Source of the DNA: Blochmannia endosymbiont of Camponotus nipponensis
GTDB lineage: Bacteria > Pseudomonadota > Gammaproteobacteria > Enterobacterales > Enterobacteriaceae
NCBI RefSeq assembly: GCF_009827135.1
Contig: NZ_CP046534.1
Coordinates: 360,001 to 392,000, forward strand
Direction of reading: 5' to 3'
DNA: 32,000 nt
A program made the position numbers and the translations under genes. The notes beneath the pieces were generated by a model. The model was not told where the DNA came from. It was given only the letters and a program-made list of their open reading frames with translations, and did not search any database. Shown piece after piece: positions 1-10,130 of the stretch (the stretch's first letter is position 1; every line of letters starts with the position of its first letter).

Positions 1-79
1 GAAGGCCGGACTCGAACCGGCATACCGTTAAGGTGATTGATTTTGAATCAATTGCGTCTACCCATTTCGCCACTTCGGC
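1..79 (-). tRNA. leuX: tRNA-Leu (anticodon CAA), 3' acceptor end truncated by the window edge
   Basis: The reverse complement reads GCCGAAGTGGCGAAATGGGTAGACGCAATTGATTCAAAATCAATCACCTTAACGGTATGCCGGTTCGAGTCCGGCCTTC. It is a class II tRNA with a long variable arm. The anticodon stem is ATTGA/TCAAT, the loop TTCAAAA gives CAA, and the T arm is CCGG-TTCGAGT-CCGG. It is nearly identical to E. coli leuX as I remember it. The last ~7 nt of the acceptor stem lie left of position 1. Confidence 0.9.
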
Positions 80-538
80 CAAATAAATACATATGCATAT
101 ATTTATGACCCATGTTTTTAACACAACCACATAATTACCAAACTTTACCAAATTTTACAAGATATTATTTAATATAAAAAAACAATTTTTTACAATCATT
201 AATATATAATATTTATAGTAACTACTTTAACCTTTATTAAATGAAAAGAAAAATATTAAAACACTCATCTATATTATCCGCATGAATAATAGGAGCAATT
301 ATCAAAATAAACATTCTCCATATCACCTTCAACAATAACGTATCAAAAATTCTTATTCATATCTAATACACTCATCACTTATGCTTCCTATTTCATATAA
401 ATGTTCATATTATATTTTTACCTGATGTATCTATTATTGATAATAATATTATGGTTGATTACATTAATATATTTTACTATTATATAGATATATATTATAA
501 TACTTGGTAAAATAAATATTATATGACAATTTTATTAT

Positions 539-1435
539 ATGAATAATTTTGATTTCAATTTACTAGTAGTACTCAATGCATTACTAGAAAATAATAGCGT
601 AAACTTAGCAGCAAAAAAATTAAACGTCACGGCTCCAGCCATTAGCAAATCTCTAAATAAAATACGCATTTTATTTAATGATCAAATTTTAGTTCGTAGT
701 GGCACTAAATTAATTCCAACACCTAAAGCCATCGATCTAAAAGAAAATATTAAAGAATTAGTGAATCGCATGGAATCAATATTTAATAATAACATACTAT
801 TTGAACCCAAAATTACTTCCATATCATTTACTATTGCATCAAATAATTCTATTTTTATTATTCTTAGCACTATTTTGTTTAAAGAAATACAAAATAAAGC
901 TCCCAATACATTTATCAATCTAGTCAACGACTCAGATTACGACGATGACTTCTTAAGAAATCATACCATTGATTTATACATAGGAGAAATGCGCGCACTT
1001 AACCCTGAAATAACCATCAGAACTATTTACGTATCCAAATGTTACCTAATATGTAGAAATCATCATCCTATCCTCTCCAAAAATAAAAATATAGATAATT
1101 TATTAAAATATCAATTTATTAAAACTAAGAATGAATATTTCACCAATTCTAATGAATATAATAAAAATTTTTGGAAAGAACGCAACTTAATTGGCATTAC
1201 TCCGGAATATATTGCTACCGTAAACGCTGTCATTCATTCAGATGCGTTAGCAATAATCCCTGAATTTGTATTAATAATTGCACAGCGATTAAACATACCA
1301 GTAACACATTTTAATACAGATTTTAACCTAGGAAAAAAAAATGTCATTCAAGCATGGCATTCTAAATTCAACCATTCTCCCGCTCATAAATGGTTACGAG
1401 AATTTACTAAAAATATGTTTTTGAGTCAATTATGA
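539..1435 (+). CDS. LysR-family transcriptional regulator (YidZ/LeuO-like subgroup)
   Basis: 298-aa ORF. The N-terminal wHTH FDFNLLVVLNALLENNSVNLAAKKLNVTAPAISKSLNKIRILFNDQILVR closely resembles E. coli YidZ ([30 protein letters not shown], from memory). The C-terminal HKWLREFTKNMF resembles the YidZ motif VWLRETIKNLY. There is no clear SD. Confidence 0.8.
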   Translation: MNNFDFNLLVVLNALLENNSVNLAAKKLNVTAPAISKSLNKIRILFNDQILVRSGTKLIPTPKAIDLKENIKELVNRMESIFNNNILFEPKITSISFTIASNNSIFIILSTILFKEIQNKAPNTFINLVNDSDYDDDFLRNHTIDLYIGEMRALNPEITIRTIYVSKCYLICRNHHPILSKNKNIDNLLKYQFIKTKNEYFTNSNEYNKNFWKERNLIGITPEYIATVNAVIHSDALAIIPEFVLIIAQRLNIPVTHFNTDFNLGKKNVIQAWHSKFNHSPAHKWLREFTKNMFLSQL

Positions 1436-1448
1436 TGAGATTATGAAA

Positions 1449-2522
1449 TCATAAATATATACATATAATAACTATACTAATAATTAAAAAAATTATACTA
1501 GGCGATATCGATCCAACTATCGGTGAAACACTATATATACCACTTAATATTCCAAAAATTTGATTTAAAATATAAAATAAAAAACCCACTATACTTCCTA
1601 CGAATAATCTAACACCCATATTTTTTTTACACAATGGCCCAAAAGTACACGCTAATGCCATTAAAATCATAGCTGATCCGGAAATAGGAGATAATATTTT
1701 ATTCCAAAAAATTATCTGATAATATTTAGAACTTTGACCAATCTTATCAAAATATTTAACACAGTGATATAACTTAGATATAGGTAAAACATTAGGATGA
1801 GTAATCATCATAGATAATCTATACGGAGTTAAAATAGGGTGCCATTCAGAATGTGGTATTTTTTTATTAGTAAAACAGGTTTCTGAAGAAATATCCAATT
1901 CATTCACATCAATCAAATGCCAAATTTTATTAATAAATACCGCTCTCTCAATATAAAATATTTTTTTCAACTTTTTTTCCTGACTAAAATTATACAGCTT
2001 TACTCCTAATAATTCGTCATAATCTGCTACACACTCAACATAAACAAAATCATTATTATCTATAAACCACAAATTTTTAATCTTTATAGGAAATAAACCA
2101 GTATCATATTGTAACTGATTACGATACGCACACATTATTTTTTCACTATTAGGTACTACCCATTCATTAAAAATAAAACTACATAATAACACAGGAATAG
2201 AAGCTTTTATTACTGATAAAATAATTTGTAACCTACTAAATCCAGAGACTTGCATTGCTATAAATTCATTATGCATCTCAAGAACACTTAAACCTAAAAG
2301 ACCACCTAGCAAAGTTGCTATAGGAAAAAATAATTCAAAGTCTTTTGGTACATTTAGGATAATATAAACAACAATATCACAAACAGAATAATTTCCTTCT
2401 CCTATTTTACGTAACTCATCAACTAATCTCATTATACTAGATAGAGATAACAATACTAAAAACACCACTGTTATATTTGATATAATCACTCTTCTAATGT
2501 AATAATTTAAAACACTATACAT
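1449..2522 (-). CDS. lptG: LPS export ABC transporter permease LptG (YjgQ)
   Basis: 357 aa. LNVPKDFELFFPIATLLGGLLGL and EFIAMQVSGFSRLQI match the E. coli LptG motifs LSVPKDVQIFFPMAALLGALLGL and ELVVMQASGFTRMQV. It starts 5 nt after the lptF stop, as in the enterobacterial lptFG operon. Confidence 0.88.
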   Translation of the reverse strand: MYSVLNYYIRRVIISNITVVFLVLLSLSSIMRLVDELRKIGEGNYSVCDIVVYIILNVPKDFELFFPIATLLGGLLGLSVLEMHNEFIAMQVSGFSRLQIILSVIKASIPVLLCSFIFNEWVVPNSEKIMCAYRNQLQYDTGLFPIKIKNLWFIDNNDFVYVECVADYDELLGVKLYNFSQEKKLKKIFYIERAVFINKIWHLIDVNELDISSETCFTNKKIPHSEWHPILTPYRLSMMITHPNVLPISKLYHCVKYFDKIGQSSKYYQIIFWNKILSPISGSAMILMALACTFGPLCKKNMGVRLFVGSIVGFLFYILNQIFGILSGIYSVSPIVGSISPSIIFLIISIVIICIYL

Positions 2523-2527
2523 ATATA

Positions 2528-3649
2528 CTATATTTTTATATGACTACGATAATATCCTGTTAAAACTAATTTTTTAATACAAGAAGTATCCCATAAATTA
2601 AGCAATAAAACTATTAATAAGTAAACAGCATTGATAACCCATACCCACACTATAGGATTGATTTTTTCTAGAAGAGCATAGGAGCGCAAAAAAATATGCA
2701 AAATAAAAAAAATTGTATACAAAACCACTGTTAAAAACAAATTTGTTAAATAATTATGTGAAACAGTAATAATTAATAATGTCGTAATCATTGGCATAAT
2801 AAAAATAGATATTAATAAAGTGAAACGCCAATGCAACTCTACCTGCATTTCTGGTTCAGAGGAACACCATAATTGACACATCGACATCTGATTAACAGAC
2901 TTATTTTCTTGTAAAAATGAGTCAAAAGTATTACTAAACAACATTTTATACTGAGAAAAATCAGTAACACATATATTTTTAAACAACTCACATTTATTAT
3001 AAATATTGTAACATGTGCCTTTTTCTAAAATTATTGACCGAGAACCATCAACCTGTTGATAAACATTACCTTGATCCGCAGTAATAATTGTAAATATATT
3101 ACTGTCTTTATCTTGATTTGTTTTTGCTAAAAAAATTTGTTTTAATTTATTTCCCTGAATACTATTCACAAACAAAATTAAATATTTATCAACCAACAGT
3201 TGAAATTTTTTTTCTGAAAAAACAGATACATTAATATTTCTCTTAATTTCATATGACAATCTACTTTGATAGTTTGCGCAATAAGGAGATAACCACGCTA
3301 TATTGATTATAGCAAATATCGCAACGATCCCACTAAAAAAAAATACACTCCTTATAAGAATATATTTATCTACAGCACAAGAATACATGGCGATAATTTC
3401 ATTATGAATATGTAATCGATAAAAAGTAATTAGTACACTCAAAAATACACTTAAGGGAACAAGCAATTTTCCTACCTCTGGTATATTTAACCCAAGGCAT
3501 AAAAAAATTAAGTGCATTGATATATTACTATCTATTATCAAACTCAACATTTTAATTAATTTTTGACAAAAACAAACAAAAAATAATAATATTAAAATAA
3601 TCAACTGATTCTTAAATATTTCTTTTAATATGTATTTAGTAAATATCAT
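2528..3649 (-). CDS. lptF: LPS export ABC transporter permease LptF (YjgP)
   Basis: 373 aa. The N-terminus MIFTKYILKEIFKNQLIILILLFFVCFCQKLIKML compares with E. coli MIIIRYLVRETLKSQLAILFILLLIFFCQKLVRIL. The C-terminal LLNLWDT motif is conserved. The gene is divergent from pepA, as in E. coli. Confidence 0.88.
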   Translation of the reverse strand: MIFTKYILKEIFKNQLIILILLFFVCFCQKLIKMLSLIIDSNISMHLIFLCLGLNIPEVGKLLVPLSVFLSVLITFYRLHIHNEIIAMYSCAVDKYILIRSVFFFSGIVAIFAIINIAWLSPYCANYQSRLSYEIKRNINVSVFSEKKFQLLVDKYLILFVNSIQGNKLKQIFLAKTNQDKDSNIFTIITADQGNVYQQVDGSRSIILEKGTCYNIYNKCELFKNICVTDFSQYKMLFSNTFDSFLQENKSVNQMSMCQLWCSSEPEMQVELHWRFTLLISIFIMPMITTLLIITVSHNYLTNLFLTVVLYTIFFILHIFLRSYALLEKINPIVWVWVINAVYLLIVLLLNLWDTSCIKKLVLTGYYRSHIKI

Positions 3650-3901
3650 TATTTTAACTAAAAACCTTGTTTTTACATAAAAAATCAGTATCGTAATGAT
3701 AACAGATTATAATTTTTAAAAAAAAATAACATATATAATCAATTTATTGATGATACAATAATATTTTGTATTGAATTATAGAAACAATCATATTTTATAA
3801 TGATATACTTAACTGTTTTACACAAAGTATATTATAATGAATATTCCGCTGACTTATTTTTTTTAATACATCATTTGACATATTTATATACAGGAAAAAT
3901 T

Positions 3902-5410
3902 ATGATAGAGTTTAGCGTTACCGAAAATCACTTAGAATCATATCCTAGTAGTTGCGTCGTGAGTGGTATATTTGAAGAAACACGTCTATTTCCATCAACA
4001 AAAAAAATAGATGACATAAGCAAAGGATATATTAGTGCATTGTTAAATCATAATGTATTAAATGGAAAAGTAGCGCAAACACTTTTATTATACGATATCC
4101 CTTATTTACCAAACAAACACATTATATTAATTGGTTGCGGTAAAAAATCTGATTTTAACGAAAATTGTTATAAAAAATTGATTAGAAAAATGATCCTCTT
4201 TTGCAAAGAAATTTCTATACTTAGAATATTATGTTGTTTAAGTGAATTCAATATAAAAGGATATAATAATTATTGGAAAATCAGACAAACAATAGAAATA
4301 ATTAATGAAGAATTATACGTTTTTAATAAATTTAAAAAAAACAAAACTAAATTAAATACCACACTACATGAAATAATATTACATATACCTCATAAAAACG
4401 AATTACCATCCTGCAAACAATCTATTAAAGATGGATTGTCTATCGCGCAAGGAATAAAAATAGCTAAAGATTTAGGAAACATGCCTCCTAATTTTTGCAC
4501 ACCTGACTATCTAGTCAATAAGGTTCATGAATTATCTAATCATACTAATGTCACAATAAATATCATTGATGCTTTAAAAATGAAAAAATTAGGTATGTAT
4601 GCTTATTTAGCAGTAGGACAAGGATCTAGTTACTCTCCAACCATGCCTATAATTAAATATAACGGTCATCCTGAAGGACCGAATGTCGCTCCTATTGTCT
4701 TTATAGGAAAAGGATTAACCTTTGATTCTGGGGGAATTTCTATTAAACCATCAAACAAAATGGATGAAATGAAATATGATATGTGTGGAGCTGCTGTAGT
4801 ATATGCAGTCATGTGTATAGCTATAGAACTGCATCTACCATTAAACATTATAGGAATACTTGCTATTTCTGAAAATATGATTAATCATGCTTCCTTTCGT
4901 CCAGGTGATATTCTGACTACTTTGTCAGGACAAACAGTAGAAGTATTAAACACCGACGCTGAAGGACGTTTGGTACTATGTGATGCATTAACATATGCAG
5001 CACGTTATAAACCTGATGTTGTTATCGATATAGCCACATTAACCGGAGCTTGTGTTGTCGCTTTAGGGCATCATTTTAGTGGATTAATGTCTAATAATGA
5101 AGATCTATCTAATGATTTAATTATAGCTGCAGAACAATCTAAAGATTATGTATGGAAATTACCATTAGACGATGTATTTCAAAAACAATTAAAATCTAAC
5201 TACGCGGATATGACAAATGTAGGGGGTAAATCTGGCGGTGCCATTACAGCTGGGTGTTTTCTTCAAAAATTTACTGATAAATATAATTGGGCCCATCTAG
5301 ATATTGCTGGAACAGCATGGATATCTAATCATTGTGATAAAAGTGCAACGGGACGCCCCGTTGCACTTTTATCACAATATCTATTAAATAGATCATCTCA
5401 TAACATTTAA
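3902..5410 (+). CDS. pepA: Leucyl/cytosol aminopeptidase A (PepA)
   Basis: Matches E. coli PepA along its length (MIEFSV.. vs MEFSV..; NTDAEGRLVLCD; KYNWAHLDIAGTAW; TGRPVALL). I moved the start from the track value 3800 to the ATG at 3902. That ATG aligns with the E. coli N-terminus and follows AGGAAAAATT. Confidence 0.95.
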   Translation: MIEFSVTENHLESYPSSCVVSGIFEETRLFPSTKKIDDISKGYISALLNHNVLNGKVAQTLLLYDIPYLPNKHIILIGCGKKSDFNENCYKKLIRKMILFCKEISILRILCCLSEFNIKGYNNYWKIRQTIEIINEELYVFNKFKKNKTKLNTTLHEIILHIPHKNELPSCKQSIKDGLSIAQGIKIAKDLGNMPPNFCTPDYLVNKVHELSNHTNVTINIIDALKMKKLGMYAYLAVGQGSSYSPTMPIIKYNGHPEGPNVAPIVFIGKGLTFDSGGISIKPSNKMDEMKYDMCGAAVVYAVMCIAIELHLPLNIIGILAISENMINHASFRPGDILTTLSGQTVEVLNTDAEGRLVLCDALTYAARYKPDVVIDIATLTGACVVALGHHFSGLMSNNEDLSNDLIIAAEQSKDYVWKLPLDDVFQKQLKSNYADMTNVGGKSGGAITAGCFLQKFTDKYNWAHLDIAGTAWISNHCDKSATGRPVALLSQYLLNRSSHNI

Positions 5411-5524
5411 TTTATTTTTATTAATCACATAAACTGTACTAAAATGATATATAAAATATACTTAAGTTGATTTAAACTAATAAACATTAAAGTAACTATA
5501 AAACTTAATCAACCATAATAACAT

Positions 5525-5980
5525 ATGAAACAAGGAACTTTTTATTTGCTATCTCAAGAATTTAAACAAAAAGATGAACTCAACTACTTAGAAAAGCTGA
5601 TTTGTAAATTAATAAGTACACATTGGAGGTCTGATAAAAGCATATTAGTAGCTTGCGAAAATAAACATCAAGCAAAAAAAATAGACAAAGCACTATGGAT
5701 ATTTGATCAAAATTCATTCCTGCCTCATAATCTGTTTGAAAAAAAATCCCTCCATACTCCAATAACTATATACTGGAACCAATGTTGTTATGACAATAAT
5801 TCAAGAGACTTATTAATTAATCTTATGCTAAAAAATATGGACTTTTTTTTTAATTTTAACGAAATAATAGATTTCGTGCCCATAACTGATATGTTAAAAA
5901 AAAAAGCAAGACATAGATATCAATCTTATAAAAAAAATGGATTCAAAATGAATGTTATTCACACCCAATTTCATGAGTAA
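5525..5980 (+). CDS. holC: DNA polymerase III chi subunit (HolC)
   Basis: 151 aa. MKQGTFYLL...HWRSDKSILVACENKHQAKKIDKALW...FLPHNL compares with E. coli MKNATFYLL...RWRSGKRVLIACEDEKQAYRLDEALW...FVPHNL. It sits between pepA and valS as in E. coli. It contains an in-frame A10 tract at 5896-5905. Confidence 0.88.
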   Translation: MKQGTFYLLSQEFKQKDELNYLEKLICKLISTHWRSDKSILVACENKHQAKKIDKALWIFDQNSFLPHNLFEKKSLHTPITIYWNQCCYDNNSRDLLINLMLKNMDFFFNFNEIIDFVPITDMLKKKARHRYQSYKKNGFKMNVIHTQFHE

Positions 5981-8663
5981 TGATATCGTGGAAAAAACAT
6001 ATAACCCTAAAAACATAGAAGAACCAATTTATAAATTTTGGGAGCAAGGAAACTACTTCGATCCCCATGATGAGGATATATCTCGAGAAAATTATTGCAT
6101 CATGATGCCTCCACCCAATATTACAGGACAATTACATCTCGGGCACGCCTTTCAACAAACCATCATGGATATTTTAATTCGTTATCAAAGAATGCTCGGA
6201 AAAAACACATTATGGCAAACAGGCACAGATCATGCTGGCATTGCAGCACAACTGCTAGTAGAACATAAAATTTATAATGATACAGGTAAAAATAAACATG
6301 ATTATACAAATGAAGAATTAATAAAAAAAATTTGGATATGGAAAAATCAATCTGAAAAATTTATTAATTACCAAATGAAACGATTAGGAAATTCAGTATG
6401 TTGGAAAAAAGCACGTTTCACCATGGATTCAGAAATGTCCTACGCGGTAAAAGAAGCGTTTATTCGTTTATATGAAAACAATTTAATTTACAGAGGAAAA
6501 AGACTAGTAAATTGGGATTATAAATTACAAACCGCTATTTCTGATTTAGAAGTTGTAAATAAACCGATGAAAGGTTCCATGTGGTATTTATATTATAAAT
6601 TAGATCATTCTACTAATATTATAACCAATTCAAAACATTTAATTGTTGCAACAACACGCCCAGAAACTATATTAGGTGATACTGCCGTTGCAGTACACCC
6701 AGAAGATCCCCGCTACAAAAATTTAATAGGGCAATACGTTATAGTACCAATTACTAATAGACGTATTCCTATTATTTTTGACAAAGATATAGATATGTTT
6801 AAAGGAACCGGTTGTGCCAAGATCACCCCTGCTCATGATTTTCATGATTACACTATAGCCAAAAAACACAAGTTACCCATGATAAATATTTTATCACTTG
6901 ATAGAAAAATTCTTAAAAAACCAGAAGTATTCGATAGTTACGGACAACCTAATAATACATTACACTGTGATATTCCCCAAATATTCCAAGATCTTGATGG
7001 TGATCATGCAAGAAAAAAAATAATTTCCGAATGCAACACGCTCAGGTTGCTGCATAATATAGAATCTAAGAATTTAATCATACCATGTAGTGATCGTACT
7101 GGTGCTATAATTGAACCCATGTTAACTAATCAATGGTATTTACGCGCTCAAAATTTAGCGCAACAAGCAATACATACAGTACAACTAGATATAATTAATT
7201 TTGTCCCAAAACAATATAAAAATATGTATTTTAGTTGGATGAATAATGTACAAGATTGGTGCATTTCCCGTCAAATTTTGTGGGGACATAAAATTCCTGC
7301 TTGGTATGATAACAATAAAAAAATATATGTAGGCCACTGTGAAAAAGATATCAGAACACAAAACAAATTAGATAATAACATAATATTACATAAAGATAAC
7401 GATGTATTAGATACATGGTTTTCTTCAAGTCTTTGGACATTTGCTGGCTTAGGTTGGCCTAAAGATACCAATTTATTAAATATTTTTCATCCCACTGATG
7501 TTGTAATCAGTGGATTCGATATCATATTTTTTTGGATCGCCCGAATGATTATGTTGACCATGTATTTCATTAAAAACAAAAACGGATCAGCTCAAATTCC
7601 TTTTAAAACTGCATATTTTACTGGGCTCATACGTGATGAATTAGGACAAAAAATGTCTAAATCTAAAGGAAATATCATTGATCCAATAGATATAATAGAT
7701 GGCATTTCAATAGAAAATTTATTAAAAAAACGCACAAAACACATGTTACAACCACAATTTGCTAAAAAAATTATAAAATACACTAAAAAACAATTTCCCA
7801 ATGGGATCAAACCATATGGTACCGATGCTTTAAGATTCACTTTAACAGCATTAGCATCATCTGGGCGCGATATACACTGGGATATGAAAAGACTAGCAGG
7901 TTATCGTAATTTTTGTAATAAATTATGGCATGCTAGCCGCTTCGTTCTAATACATACTAAAAATAAAGATTGCGGTATATTCACCAAGGAAAAATCATTT
8001 TCTTTAGCAGATCGTTGGATTATTACAAAATTTCATCAAACAGTAAACACTGTTCATAAAAAACTTGAAATTTATCGTTTTGACAAAATAGCAAATATTT
8101 TACACGAATTTATTTGGCATCAGTTTTGTGATTGGTATATAGAGTTAACTAAACCAATACTTTTTCATGGAAATATATTAGAAATACGCGGTACTCGTTA
8201 CACATTAATTACATTACTAGAATCATTACTACGATTAGCACATCCAATTATTCCTTTTATTACAGAAAAAATTTGGCAAGAAGTTAAAGTAATTACCGAA
8301 AATAATGGAGAAACTATCATGTTACAACCGTTTCCAAAATATGATGCATCCATAATTGACACTAAATCTATTACAGATTTAGAATGGATCAAACATGTGA
8401 TAGTAGCGATCCGTGCTATTCGTGTAAATATGAATATAGCATACAACACGCCTTTACAAGCAATATTTAGAAACACTCCATTAGAAATTAAAAAACGTAT
8501 TACAGAAAATTCTAAAATTTTGTGCAATATTGCTCAATTAGAAAGCATAGACTTTATATCAAAGAACAAAATACATCATCCGAAATCAATTACTATACCC
8601 TTAGATTCAACAGAACTATTAGTACATATACCAGAAAAAGACTCAATAACACAATTGAAGTAA
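5973..8663 (+). CDS. valS: Valyl-tRNA synthetase, C-terminal coiled-coil domain missing
   Basis: Class I aaRS with the HIGH-type motif (PPNITGQLHLGHA) and KMSKS present, and collinear with E. coli ValS. The start is set to the ATG at 5973 (MSNDIVEKTYNP vs E. coli MEKTYNP). That start overlaps the holC stop in the 8-nt ATGAGTAA. The product is 896 aa against 951 aa in E. coli, and the difference is all at the C-terminus. Confidence 0.95.
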   Translation: MSNDIVEKTYNPKNIEEPIYKFWEQGNYFDPHDEDISRENYCIMMPPPNITGQLHLGHAFQQTIMDILIRYQRMLGKNTLWQTGTDHAGIAAQLLVEHKIYNDTGKNKHDYTNEELIKKIWIWKNQSEKFINYQMKRLGNSVCWKKARFTMDSEMSYAVKEAFIRLYENNLIYRGKRLVNWDYKLQTAISDLEVVNKPMKGSMWYLYYKLDHSTNIITNSKHLIVATTRPETILGDTAVAVHPEDPRYKNLIGQYVIVPITNRRIPIIFDKDIDMFKGTGCAKITPAHDFHDYTIAKKHKLPMINILSLDRKILKKPEVFDSYGQPNNTLHCDIPQIFQDLDGDHARKKIISECNTLRLLHNIESKNLIIPCSDRTGAIIEPMLTNQWYLRAQNLAQQAIHTVQLDIINFVPKQYKNMYFSWMNNVQDWCISRQILWGHKIPAWYDNNKKIYVGHCEKDIRTQNKLDNNIILHKDNDVLDTWFSSSLWTFAGLGWPKDTNLLNIFHPTDVVISGFDIIFFWIARMIMLTMYFIKNKNGSAQIPFKTAYFTGLIRDELGQKMSKSKGNIIDPIDIIDGISIENLLKKRTKHMLQPQFAKKIIKYTKKQFPNGIKPYGTDALRFTLTALASSGRDIHWDMKRLAGYRNFCNKLWHASRFVLIHTKNKDCGIFTKEKSFSLADRWIITKFHQTVNTVHKKLEIYRFDKIANILHEFIWHQFCDWYIELTKPILFHGNILEIRGTRYTLITLLESLLRLAHPIIPFITEKIWQEVKVITENNGETIMLQPFPKYDASIIDTKSITDLEWIKHVIVAIRAIRVNMNIAYNTPLQAIFRNTPLEIKKRITENSKILCNIAQLESIDFISKNKIHHPKSITIPLDSTELLVHIPEKDSITQLK

Positions 8664-9122
8664 ACAAATTAAAAAGATTGTAATCAATAAACCACAAAAT
8701 TAAAACAACACAAAAAACCACTAGAATACTACAATGCCACAAATTATACACCGACATCTATTATACAAAAATAAACAATAATTTTTACATTATTATGAAA
8801 ACATTAGGAATAAATTGATGACTAATATATTATAATAAAAACTGTGATCATTTTATATAAAATGATAAATTAGAACAATTTTCAACAATAAAGTTAATTG
8901 ATTAGTATATTAATCATAAATCACTAAAATCAATCAACAAACTTACTTTGTTATTCTAATTAATTATAATTAATTGTAACACTATTTTTTTTGATCAAAA
9001 CTAATTTCCATATGTTTAAAAAATGTTTTTATTATAAAAAAACTTCATTTTTAAAATTATTTTTTAATTTATATAAGAAAATCACGTTATCTATAGACCA
9101 ACCATTTTCAGGTAAATATTAC

Positions 9123-10130
9123 ATGAACCAATTATATCAACGATCTTTTCTACGATTAATAGATTTTAAATCGGACGAAATTAAATATCTATTAAAATTA
9201 TCAAATCATTTAAAACATCAAAAAAATACACACACTGAAATCCAAAAATTAAATAGAAAAAATATCATACTCATTTTTGAAAACCATTCTACTAGAACAA
9301 GATGTGCCTTCGAAGTAGCAGCATTTGATCAGGGCGCGTGTGTCACCTGCCTAACTCCAAATATTAGTCAAATTGGATATAAAGAATCTATTAAAGATAC
9401 TGCTAAAATATTAGGACGAATGTACCATGGTATTCAATATCGTGGCTATAATCAAGATACAGTGACTAGATTTGCACAATACTCTGGAGTACCAGTATGG
9501 AATGGACTTACCACAAAATTTCATCCAACACAATTACTTGCTGATCTCCTGACTATGAAGGAACAACTGCCCCATAAAACCTTTCATCAAATGAAACTAG
9601 CCTATGTAGGAGATGCAAAAAATAACATTAGCAATTCCTTATTAGAAGCTGCAGCAATAATGGGATTTGATTTACGACTAGTATCACCTAAGATATTTTG
9701 GCCGACACAGGAATTATTTATAAATTGCCAAAATCTTGCGCAACATAATAATGGAAATATTATACTTACCGAAGATATCTGCAATGGAGTAAAAGATGTA
9801 GATTTTTTGTACACTGATGTATGGGTATCTATGGGAGAAAATGAAAAAGTGTGGACACAACGTATTTCTTTATTATCTCCTTATCAAATAAATCATAGTA
9901 TGATTCAAAATACCTGTAATCCAAATGTAAAAGTTTTACATTGTTTACCAGCATTACATAATAATGAAACTACTGTTGGTAAAAAAATATCAAGAAAATA
10001 TAATCTAAATAATGGGTTAGAAATAACAAATGACATATTTGAATCTCAACATAGCGTAGTATTTGATCAAGCTGAAAACCGTTTGCATACTATTAAAGCG
10101 TTGATTATGGCAACACTACTACCTGATTGA
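9123..10130 (+). CDS. argI: Ornithine carbamoyltransferase
   Basis: [29 protein letters not shown] and [14 protein letters not shown] match E. coli ArgI. The start is moved from the TTG at 8991 given in the track to the ATG at 9123 ([15 protein letters not shown] vs MSGFYHKHFLKLLDF). This gives 335 aa against 334 aa. Confidence 0.93.
   Translation: MNQLYQRSFLRLIDFKSDEIKYLLKLSNHLKHQKNTHTEIQKLNRKNIILIFENHSTRTRCAFEVAAFDQGACVTCLTPNISQIGYKESIKDTAKILGRMYHGIQYRGYNQDTVTRFAQYSGVPVWNGLTTKFHPTQLLADLLTMKEQLPHKTFHQMKLAYVGDAKNNISNSLLEAAAIMGFDLRLVSPKIFWPTQELFINCQNLAQHNNGNIILTEDICNGVKDVDFLYTDVWVSMGENEKVWTQRISLLSPYQINHSMIQNTCNPNVKVLHCLPALHNNETTVGKKISRKYNLNNGLEITNDIFESQHSVVFDQAENRLHTIKALIMATLLPD

Noticed and set aside
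274-282. DnaA-box-like 9-mers TTATCCGCA (274-282) and TTATCCAGA (30560-30568)
   Set aside because: These are single, isolated 8/9 matches with no clustering and no adjacent AT-rich 13-mer array. The uniform strand skew across the window argues against an origin here.
682-927. Short ORFs on the opposite strand or in alternative frames inside confidently called genes: 682-927, 4666-4848, 5580-5762, 7271-7471, 7592-7840, 8198-8527, 9602-9814, 10164-10400, 10514-10699, 11067-11255, 11616-11933, 14046-14234, 18689-18877, 20180-20389, 21089-21439, 25960-26142, 28961-29155 and 31589-31834
   Set aside because: Each lies within, or largely overlaps, a CDS with clear full-length homology. Their translations are low-complexity or have no recognisable motif. 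None has a convincing SD. They are shadow ORFs.
3800-3901. N-terminal extensions in the ORF track: pepA from 3800, valS from 5952, argI from TTG 8991, ubiA from GTG 19560 and ibpA from GTG 30382
   Set aside because: The extensions have no counterpart in the E. coli orthologs and are I/K/F/Y-rich spacer-like sequence. Internal ATG codons align exactly with the orthologous N-termini, several of them with an SD. Coordinates were trimmed accordingly.
8958-8975. AT-only perfect palindrome AATTAATTATAATTAATT, and the near-palindrome TGATTAGTATATTAATCA, upstream of argI, considered as ARG boxes
   Set aside because: Neither fits the ARG-box core TGAAT-N4-ATTCA in sequence or spacing. Pure A/T palindromes of this length are expected in spacers of this composition.
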